51,631 nucleotides of DNA from Acidobacteriaceae bacterium (GTDB taxonomy: Bacteria; Acidobacteriota; Terriglobia; Terriglobales; Acidobacteriaceae): positions 1-51,631 of the forward strand of contig JBARKD010000406.1 in NCBI GenBank assembly GCA_049800615.1, given 5' to 3'. Both the position numbers and the translations under genes were made by a program. Below are positions 24,385 to 31,928 of this stretch, piece by piece; positions within the stretch are counted from its first letter, which is position 1, and each line of letters begins with the position of its first letter. Below the pieces are notes generated by a model, which saw nothing but the letters and a program-made list of their open reading frames with translations, searched no databases and was not told the origin of the DNA.

Positions 24385-25473
24385 CTAGCCGGCGCTGTCT
24401 TTGACGAATAGCATTCTCGCGAGCGGGATTAACATGGGTTCCGGTTTCGTCGCCAGTCTGTTGATGATGCCTTTTTCCAGGCGCTCTGCGAATTCCGCCT
24501 CTTTCGCACTCGTGCCGCCTCCGCCCAAAGCTTGAGCCAGCGTCGGAAAAACAGACCCTCGCGAAAATGCCGCCCATTGCCCGCCAAATTCGCGAGCATC
24601 GCGGTGGCGTTCGTATTCCAACCAGATGTGGTCTTCAGCGCGGAATATTTCGACAACCTGCGGGCGCAAACTGCCGCAATGGCCGTCATTGGTAAAGGGA
24701 GCCAGCAAGTCTTCGCGATTCCGGGCCACCGTCGGGATAGTCATGCGATGCAGTTCTTCCGGTTGAAGAAAACCCTGCTCGGCCATCTCCAGCAGCGTTC
24801 CATAAAGTGCCTGGAGCAGCGGCTGGTAACCGAAGTTGCCGTCGTCGTCCGTAGCCATGGTCAAGATGACGAGCCTGCCGCCTGGGCTTAGCTCCCTGCC
24901 GCGCGCGAGCAAAAAGTTGTGCCAGTCCTCCGCAGCCTGCCGGGCGAACGCCGCCCGGGTTGCCGCGTCTTTGCTGAAGGCTACCTGCACCTGATCGGGA
25001 ATCGGCGAGGGAGCCCGGCTCAACCACTGCACAGCCCACGAACTCCAGCCCAACGTCACACTATCGGAAGGTAGGATTTGCTCGTAGAACGATCTTCCTA
25101 CCGCCATGGCAAACGTGGATCGATGATTTTGCAGGTAGCTCGCGGGGTCAGTATTCAATGTTTGAAAGAGAACCGTGAAGTCATTCTGCGGCACATCGGT
25201 GTGGACTACAGTGACAGCCTGGTCGGTTCCTGTACGCTCGCGAATAATAGAAATAGCTGCGGAAATCGGAACAAGTGAGTTGTGGCCTTGCGACGAGCCA
25301 TAGTCTGCGATCTGGATCGCCTGCCGTGGCTCGGGCAGCAAGACCGCTCGGGCCGCTTCTTCCAGAAGCGGGATTGCAGGCGACAGGCCGCCGGCCTGTA
25401 CCTGCGAACTGCGGTTGTAGCCGCCCTGGCCTTCCATCGCACTGGGTAGGATCGAGCCCGCCTGATTCGCCAT
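24385..25473 (-). CDS. SAM-dependent methyltransferase of the SABATH-like (Methyltransf_7) family
   Basis: The N-terminal MEGQGGYNRSSQVQ and IADYGSSQGHNSL parallel the plant SABATH blocks (M.GG.G..SY..NS..Q and IADLGCS.GPNT). GGAGAGG RBS is present. Confidence 0.65.
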   Translation of the reverse strand: MANQAGSILPSAMEGQGGYNRSSQVQAGGLSPAIPLLEEAARAVLLPEPRQAIQIADYGSSQGHNSLVPISAAISIIRERTGTDQAVTVVHTDVPQNDFTVLFQTLNTDPASYLQNHRSTFAMAVGRSFYEQILPSDSVTLGWSSWAVQWLSRAPSPIPDQVQVAFSKDAATRAAFARQAAEDWHNFLLARGRELSPGGRLVILTMATDDDGNFGYQPLLQALYGTLLEMAEQGFLQPEELHRMTIPTVARNREDLLAPFTNDGHCGSLRPQVVEIFRAEDHIWLEYERHRDAREFGGQWAAFSRGSVFPTLAQALGGGGTSAKEAEFAERLEKGIINRLATKPEPMLIPLARMLFVKDSAG

Positions 25474-25578
25474 AGTGTGAACCTCTCCTGCGCAGCATCG
25501 GCTTGCCGAACTGTGTCCCGAATTATCTTCACACAGCGGCTGACGGGGAGCACCCGGGCAGGGAACCGGGATTGTCTA

Positions 25579-26562
25579 TCACTTACCCTGAACTAGCGTG
25601 TTGACACCAACCGCGCAGTTTGCGCAGGAGACACCTGCCTGCCGGTTCATAGTTGAAACTCGCTGCTCGATGTCTCGCGCTTCCGCGGGCCGGTCTGCCT
25701 CGACTAAATAGGACCGGTATTGCAGCATGACGCCGCCCAGGCGAGGATCGGCGGGAGCCAGCGTCTTTTGCAATATCCGGATCGCTTCCTGCATGTCTCT
25801 CTCGCCGTCCTGGCTGGCGCCAGACTTCCACTCGGCGAAGCCGCGCGTTTCCAGCGCAAAGCCGATGGGCGCCGATTCAGGCTCGAAGTTCCTGTTGGCG
25901 AAGGCAACCGCCTGCTGCGCATCGCTCATTCCTTCGCTGCAATGTTTGCGTGAGCAACGCGCGTAAGTGAGAGTAATGAATCCGGAGAGCATCCCGGTCT
26001 TGGGTGGATTCGAGGCGGATTGCAAGGTCTGCATTCCCCGCTGGCTGAGTTGCTCCGACTTCTTAAACTGATGCCGCACAAGAGCAATGTTTGCCAGGTG
26101 TAATTGGCTTAAAGCAATGTCGATTGGATTGTCCATCTTCCGACGCGTGGCGTACGCTTGCTTTGCCAGGTTCTCGGCGTCCGCCACCCGGCCATAGCTT
26201 AGATAGAGCGATGCCAGATCTTCAAGCACGGAAGCGTATTGCGCCGCTGCGGATGGCGCGCTCTTGAGAAGATGCAGCGATTTGCTATACGCATCCTCCG
26301 CCTTTACAAAATCCGTTGCATTCCAATATGCAAGCGCGAGCTCTGCCCACAATGCGCCTTGCTGCCCTTGCGGAAGGTGCTGCGCCTCGGCGCTTCGAAT
26401 CAATTCCTGTACTTGAACTATGCGCGCTTGCGACCACGCGAGCCGGGCATTTGTTGTTTGCCCCGGGACCATGACGGGGCGCGAGAAAAGAATCGAGATA
26501 AGAAGCAACGTCAACTTCCAGCGGGAGGCGAACATGATCGTGCGAAAGTAAGATGTGAGCAT
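25579..26562 (-). CDS. Secreted TPR/Sel1-like repeat protein
   Basis: Start at ATG 26562, with GAGGAA upstream. A signal/TM helix KLTLLLISILFSRPVMV follows, then repeated A..Y..AL helical hairpins. The gene is divergent from the ECF sigma gene. Confidence 0.6.
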   Translation of the reverse strand: MLTSYFRTIMFASRWKLTLLLISILFSRPVMVPGQTTNARLAWSQARIVQVQELIRSAEAQHLPQGQQGALWAELALAYWNATDFVKAEDAYSKSLHLLKSAPSAAAQYASVLEDLASLYLSYGRVADAENLAKQAYATRRKMDNPIDIALSQLHLANIALVRHQFKKSEQLSQRGMQTLQSASNPPKTGMLSGFITLTYARCSRKHCSEGMSDAQQAVAFANRNFEPESAPIGFALETRGFAEWKSGASQDGERDMQEAIRILQKTLAPADPRLGGVMLQYRSYLVEADRPAEARDIEQRVSTMNRQAGVSCANCAVGVNTLVQGK

Positions 26563-26703
26563 CGGCGTTCCTCGATAGAAAATTTGTAAAGTGCGGGAAA
26601 GTGCGACAGCTTGGAGTGCGGATACGAAGCTGTTCGTAAATAAGTTCCCGTTTCTCTCGCGGCTACACAGAAGCTTCACAGAAGAATTAAAAAGCAACTG
26701 CGA

Positions 26704-26747
26704 GTGTTCGTTTGTGAACACAGCGAACGTTCTGTACAGTGTTCGCT
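26704..26747. promoter_or_regulatory. Two adjacent inverted repeats in the divergent TPR / ECF-sigma intergenic region
   Basis: gtgttc-gtttgt-gaacac lies at 26704-26721 and agcgaac-N12-gttcgct at 26722-47. GAAC and CGTC elements are nearby, as expected of ECF-type promoters, but the spacing is not canonical. Confidence 0.3.
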
Positions 26748-26801
26748 GCGTCCGAAAAAAGACAAAATTCTTGCCTAACCGGAAGCGGAATCTACGGTCT
26801 A

Positions 26802-27377
26802 ATGCGCTGCATGGAAGAAAGCGACGATTCCATTCGCCGGGCAGTCCTGTCCGGGGATAAGGACGCGTACCGCGGGCTGGTCTCGCGCTATAGCCAGGTT
26901 GTGTTCCGAGCGGCCTATCGCATTACAGGCAATGAAGCCGACGCGGACGAGGCAGTGCAGGAGGCATTCCTGCGCGCGTACCAGAGGCTCGATAGCTTTG
27001 AGGGACGCTCCAGCATGGCGACATGGATCTATCGCATTGCGGCCAACTGCGCGCTCGACATCGTGGCCCGCAGAAAGCCCGAGGCGCGCATTGGCGAAGA
27101 CAACGATCCCGAGGAACGGCAAGTGCAGCTGGCCGACAGGCATGCCGGACCGGATCGGCTGTTGCTAAGCCGCGAAATTGAAGCGGCGCAGAGCGCGGCC
27201 ATGCAGGAACTGACGCCGGTCGAACGGACGGCGTTTGCCTTGCGGCACATGGAAGATCGTTCCACAGAAGAGATTGCCGCCGCGTTGAATATTGCACCCA
27301 ACGCAGCTAAACAAGCGGTCTTTCGCGCTGTCAGGAAATTGCGGCGTCAACTTGCGCCGCTATGGGTAAACACATGA
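26802..27377 (+). CDS. ECF-type RNA polymerase sigma factor
   Basis: The region 2 block is EADADEAVQEAFLRAYQRLDSF. The region 4 block is RTAFALRHMEDRSTEEIAAALNIAPNAAKQAVFRAVRKLR. The start is ambiguous between 26802 and 26811. Confidence 0.85.
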   Translation: MRCMEESDDSIRRAVLSGDKDAYRGLVSRYSQVVFRAAYRITGNEADADEAVQEAFLRAYQRLDSFEGRSSMATWIYRIAANCALDIVARRKPEARIGEDNDPEERQVQLADRHAGPDRLLLSREIEAAQSAAMQELTPVERTAFALRHMEDRSTEEIAAALNIAPNAAKQAVFRAVRKLRRQLAPLWVNT

Positions 27378-28153
27378 AACACGTAAGCGAAACGGAAATG
27401 ATCGAGTACTACTACGAGGAATCTGCCGCCATGGCCGAGTGCGAGCGCCATTTAAAGCAATGCGCGGAGTGCGCGAAGAGCTATGCGGAGCTGGTCAGGG
27501 ACCTCAAACAGGTGAAGACGCCGCTAACTCCGGAGAGAGGCGAAACCTACGGCGAGCAGGTTTGGCATGCAATCCGCGGTTCGCTGCCGGTATATGAGAA
27601 GGAGAAATCGAATCGCGCCTGGCTGCAATTTTGGCGGCCGTTGAGTTGGGCGGCGGCTTGCTCCGTGTTGATCGCTGTTGGATTTCTCGCGGGACGTCAT
27701 TGGGAGCGCAAGCAGGCGCCGGCGGTTGCTGTGGCTGCGGCTGCCGATCCGCAAGCGCGTGAACGCGTTGTGGTTGTCGTCCTCGGCGACCACCTGGACC
27801 GCTCGGAGCGGCTGCTGGTGCAACTGAATCATGCGAGCAGCCACAATGACTGGGAGGCTGCTCCGTTGCAGAGCGAGGCGAGAGAGCTGTTGGCGACCAA
27901 CCGGCTAATCAGGCAGAGTGCGGGCAACGCCGGCAATCTGCAGGTTGAAGCTTCGCTCGATCGGCTGGAGCGTCTGCTGGTTGAACTGGCGAACCAGCCT
28001 GACGGCATCAATGAAACGAACCTGAAGCGGCTTCGCGAGGAGATGAATACCGATGGCCTTCTCTTCGACATTCGCGTCTTGCGCTCGCATCTCCCCGCGC
28101 AAGCCATCGCGCCACAAAGCATTTCTACAAGTACGAAAGGGGCTGCGATTTAA
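27374..28153 (+). CDS. Anti-sigma factor (ZAS motif) with a single TM helix
   Basis: ATGA overlap with the sigma gene stop. The motif CERHLKQCAEC fits C-x2-H-x3-C-x2-C. The TM helix is LSWAAACSVLIAVGFLA. Confidence 0.8.
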   Translation: MKHVSETEMIEYYYEESAAMAECERHLKQCAECAKSYAELVRDLKQVKTPLTPERGETYGEQVWHAIRGSLPVYEKEKSNRAWLQFWRPLSWAAACSVLIAVGFLAGRHWERKQAPAVAVAAAADPQARERVVVVVLGDHLDRSERLLVQLNHASSHNDWEAAPLQSEARELLATNRLIRQSAGNAGNLQVEASLDRLERLLVELANQPDGINETNLKRLREEMNTDGLLFDIRVLRSHLPAQAIAPQSISTSTKGAAI

Positions 28154-29359
28154 ATGAAGACGAAAGCACTACAGGTGACATTCCTTTTGGGCGTCCTCGG
28201 TTTGGGGGTGCCGGGCTGGTGCGCAGATTCTCCGTCGAAGGAAGATGCGCTCTACTCCGATGGAACTCGCGCGATTAACGATGGCCGCTGGGCACAGGCC
28301 GAGACGATATTCGCCAATATCGCGCAGCAGCATGGCGAGCGCGCGGAAGCAGCGCTTTACTGGCAAGCTTATGCGGAAAACAAGGAAGGCAAGCAGACCC
28401 AGGCGCTCGAGACCTGCGCCCAGTTAAGGCAGGCTTTTCCTCAGGGCAAATGGATCAACGAATGCGGCGCGCTCGAAATCGAAATTCGAGGAAAGGGCGA
28501 TGACCCTTTACCCCCCAAGGATGAGCAAAATGAAGAACTCAAGCTGCTGGCGCTGAACTCGCTGATGCAGCAGGATGAGGCGCGGGCACTGCCGGTCATT
28601 CAGCAAATCCTCAATGGCGACAAGTCGCAGAAACTCAAAGCGCGTGCGTTATTCGTGCTCGCCCAGGACCCGTCTGCGCAGGCCCAGTCGCTGATCGGCC
28701 AGGTGGCGCACAACGATCGGGACCCTGGGTTGCAGCGCAAAGCGATCGAGATGCTGGCCATCACACGAGGCAAACAGGCTGCCGGCACGCTAGCCGACGT
28801 CTATCGCCAGAGCTCCAATGAGCAGGTGAAAAAGACCGTGCTGCAAACCTACCTGATTATCGGTACTCCGGACCCGCTGTTAGAAGCAGCACGTCACGAG
28901 TCAAATCCGGAACTGGTGCGGACCGCGGTACGCACCTTGGGGGCGATGGGCGCTGTTCAGCAGATGCTTGCACTTTATCGGGACACCACCAGCTCGCAGG
29001 CCAAGGCAGACATTATTAACGGCCTGACTTCATCGGGGCCAAAGGGCGCGGACGCACTTGGCACGATTGCCGCTTCGGAGCAGGATCCCGAGTTGCGCCG
29101 TAAGGCGATCCGTAATCTCGGCATAGCGGGCGGACCGGCAACAGCCCCATCGCTGGTTGCGATTTACAAGAAGAGTCACGATCTGGAAACGAAAAAAGCC
29201 GTCACTCAGGCGCTCTTTGTTGCGGGAGACAGCCACGACCTGGTGGAGCTTGCCCGGGCAGAGAAAGACCCCCAGGCGCAAAAAGAGATTGTGCAACAGC
29301 TCAGTGTCATGCACAGCAAAGAAGCCAGCGATTACATGCTGGAAATTCTCAACAAATAA
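28154..29359 (+). CDS. Secreted HEAT-repeat protein
   Basis: The ATG directly abuts the anti-sigma TAA stop. A signal peptide is present. HEAT/PBS-lyase-like units repeat several times (DPGLQRKAIEMLA, NPELVRTAVRTLG, DPELRRKAIRNLG). Confidence 0.75.
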   Translation: MKTKALQVTFLLGVLGLGVPGWCADSPSKEDALYSDGTRAINDGRWAQAETIFANIAQQHGERAEAALYWQAYAENKEGKQTQALETCAQLRQAFPQGKWINECGALEIEIRGKGDDPLPPKDEQNEELKLLALNSLMQQDEARALPVIQQILNGDKSQKLKARALFVLAQDPSAQAQSLIGQVAHNDRDPGLQRKAIEMLAITRGKQAAGTLADVYRQSSNEQVKKTVLQTYLIIGTPDPLLEAARHESNPELVRTAVRTLGAMGAVQQMLALYRDTTSSQAKADIINGLTSSGPKGADALGTIAASEQDPELRRKAIRNLGIAGGPATAPSLVAIYKKSHDLETKKAVTQALFVAGDSHDLVELARAEKDPQAQKEIVQQLSVMHSKEASDYMLEILNK

Positions 29360-29378
29360 CGCAGAAAGGAGATTCGCT

Positions 29379-30443
29379 ATGAAGATGAATGCGCTTTTGG
29401 TTTTCGCATTGACCGCTTCCGCGCTGATGACGTGCGCGCAGGAGCCGCGGGTGACCAACACGCAGTTTCACTCCGGGCCGGTGAGCCTGGGATTGTCCGC
29501 GACGGTGGATCGATTTCGCCACGCAGACCATGCACTTTGGTTGGGGTATGCGGTGCCGGCTCTTCCGCGAACACATCTATCTGCGTGTTCGTCTTGGACG
29601 GGAACATCAGAGGTGGAGGATGGATGCTGCCATGAGCTTTGGCTGGAGGACACACCAGACAATCTAAGGTCCTCGGATCAGGCTGATTTACCTGCGCCCA
29701 CGGCTTATATCCTGCTGCGGGTTGAGCAGGGGCAGATCACGCGAGCGCGCGTGACCGCCGCAGGCTGCACGCTGAATGCCGGTGGAGTGGCGTTTGAGTG
29801 GATGACCGGAGTAGATCCGGAAGAGAGTGTCGTGTTTCTTGGCAAGCTGGCCGAGTCGGCCTCCGCCGGTCCGCAGCGGCTAACCGATGAAAGTCTGGCA
29901 GCCCTAAGCATGCATGCGGCGCCCAAAGCCACTTCGGTGCTGGCTTCGCTGGCCGGCAGCGGCAATAGCAACCGCCTTCGCGAGAAAGCAGCTTTTTGGT
30001 TGGGCTCGGTGCGTGGGCATGATGGATTGCTGGCCCTGCGCCAACTCGTACTCAGTGAGCAAGACCCGAAATTTCGTGAGAAGCTGGCCTTCGATTTTTC
30101 CATCAACTCCGATCCTGGAGCGATCGACGACCTGATTCAGATGGCGAAGTCGGACAGTGACAGCCGGGCCCGCGGTCAGGCGCTCTTCTGGCTTGCCCAT
30201 AAGGCGGGGAAGAAAGCTCTGGGCACATTGAACGCTTCTGTCGACAGCGATCCCAGCCTTGACGTCAAGAAGAAAGCGGTATTCGCTATCAGCCAATTAC
30301 CCAAGGATGAGAGCGTGCCGCAATTGGTCCACATCGCCGACACAAATGCCAATTTCGCGATTCGCAAGGAGGCAATTTTCTGGCTCGGGCAAAGCCAGGA
30401 CCCTCGGGCACTCGCTTACATCGAAGCTATTTTGAAGAGATGA
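29379..30443 (+). CDS. Secreted HEAT-repeat protein
   Basis: AAAGGAG RBS. Signal peptide MKMNALLVFALTASALMTCAQ. C-terminal HEAT units are LREKAAFWLG, SRARGQALFWLA and IRKEAIFWLG. Confidence 0.75.
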   Translation: MKMNALLVFALTASALMTCAQEPRVTNTQFHSGPVSLGLSATVDRFRHADHALWLGYAVPALPRTHLSACSSWTGTSEVEDGCCHELWLEDTPDNLRSSDQADLPAPTAYILLRVEQGQITRARVTAAGCTLNAGGVAFEWMTGVDPEESVVFLGKLAESASAGPQRLTDESLAALSMHAAPKATSVLASLAGSGNSNRLREKAAFWLGSVRGHDGLLALRQLVLSEQDPKFREKLAFDFSINSDPGAIDDLIQMAKSDSDSRARGQALFWLAHKAGKKALGTLNASVDSDPSLDVKKKAVFAISQLPKDESVPQLVHIADTNANFAIRKEAIFWLGQSQDPRALAYIEAILKR

Positions 30444-30450
30444 GCTCGCC

Positions 30451-30693
30451 TTAGGCGCCGTTCTCGATGCGTTCCGCCCGCTCCAAGGCCTTTTCCACCT
30501 CGGCCAGCAAAATAGTCGCGTCGGACGGAGCCGCTCCAGCCCGCAGGTGTTCCCGCACACGGAGTAACGCAACGGTCAGGATCTGATTGCTCCTGACCAG
30601 GCGGGGTAACCAGACGTCAATGAATCCGTCAATCGCGGCTTGCGGGTCTGGAAACTCAATCACGGTCGCCGGAGATTTCTTGGGAGGCTTCAT
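30451..30693 (-). CDS. Hypothetical small protein
   Basis: 80-aa ORF convergent with the HEAT operon. No motif recognised and the RBS is weak. Confidence 0.35.
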   Translation of the reverse strand: MKPPKKSPATVIEFPDPQAAIDGFIDVWLPRLVRSNQILTVALLRVREHLRAGAAPSDATILLAEVEKALERAERIENGA

Positions 30694-30936
30694 CTACCAC
30701 TTAGGTGATGTGACGACCCAAATCGTTACACGGCGGCGGGAAAACGGTATCCACAATGCGAAAAACCATTAACGTCCCTTAAGGAACCCGCGATCCCGCC
30801 AGGATGGCTAGAACTTGTTTCATATATGGGTCTGGGGCTTCTGGTTGGACTCTGAGCCCCGCTTCGAGGGCGGGTCTCAAGCGCGGCCTCTCCGAAATTT
30901 GCCTGTTTATGAGACCAGTTCTAGCGCATTTCGGCT

Positions 30937-31920
30937 CTAATTTGCCAGAATGCGGGCAAAAAGCTCGCGATCGACGTTGCCCCCCGAGGCTACCAGCCCA
31001 ACGCAGGTCCCGCGCAATAAGTCCTTTTCTTTGAGTGCCGCGGCCAATCCAGCCGCTCCCGCTCCTTCCACCACGTTGTGCGTGTCGGTAAAGTAGATTT
31101 TCATGGCGTCGGCGATTTCCTGCTCACTCACGGTCACGATCCGCTCCACGTTGCTGAGAATCACGTCGAGAGCCTCCTCGTCGGGCACGCGGCACGCCAT
31201 TCCGTCCGCCAGTACCGTGCTGACCGGGGCGGCGACCGCATGGCCGGCTGCAAACGACAGAGCATAGGCAGGAGCTCCCTCAGCGACCACCCCGACAATC
31301 TTTGTCTTTAACCCCATTCCGTTGCGAACCGCGGAGCAGGAGCAAATACCGGAACCCTGGCCAATGGGTACGTAGACCGTATCCAGGTTGCGTACTGCGG
31401 AGAAGAACTCCAGCCAATACGTACCCACTCCCTTGACGATGTCGCGATGATAGTTGGGAACGAAGTGCCAGTTATTTTTGGACGCGAGGCTTTGTGCGTG
31501 CTCTTTGGCCTCCTGAAAGTCGCCGCCGTATTCGATCAAGTTCGCTCCCTGGGCGCGCATGGCCGCGTTCTTGGCGGTGCTGTTTCCCCGGGGCGCCACA
31601 ACAAAAGCCGGAACGTTGAATCTTTTGGCCGCCAGCGCCACGGACTGGCCGTGATTGCCGCGCGTGGCCGTGACCAGCCCTGACACGTGACTCGCGGTGC
31701 CGAACAGCTCCGCCGCGTACACCACCGCCGTGCGCGCCTTGAACGCGCCGATGGGCGTGTAGTTCTCGTGCTTCACCCAGGCCTCGGTTCCCAGGCGCTC
31801 GCACAACAAGGGCCAGACAAATTGCGGGGTTGGCGGCATCACGCTGTAAACCAGCTGCTGCGCGTCGCTGATCTCCGCCAGGGAGGGCAAAGCGGACCTG
31901 TCGAGAGCTGTTGTGGCCAT
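30937..31920 (-). CDS. PLP-dependent threonine/serine dehydratase family enzyme
   Basis: 327 aa. The PLP-lysine block is KHENYTPIGAFKAR. The Gly-rich phosphate loop is IGQGSGICS. ASGGN is present near the C-terminus. Confidence 0.8.
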   Translation of the reverse strand: MATTALDRSALPSLAEISDAQQLVYSVMPPTPQFVWPLLCERLGTEAWVKHENYTPIGAFKARTAVVYAAELFGTASHVSGLVTATRGNHGQSVALAAKRFNVPAFVVAPRGNSTAKNAAMRAQGANLIEYGGDFQEAKEHAQSLASKNNWHFVPNYHRDIVKGVGTYWLEFFSAVRNLDTVYVPIGQGSGICSCSAVRNGMGLKTKIVGVVAEGAPAYALSFAAGHAVAAPVSTVLADGMACRVPDEEALDVILSNVERIVTVSEQEIADAMKIYFTDTHNVVEGAGAAGLAAALKEKDLLRGTCVGLVASGGNVDRELFARILAN

Positions 31921-31928
31921 GACTTATC

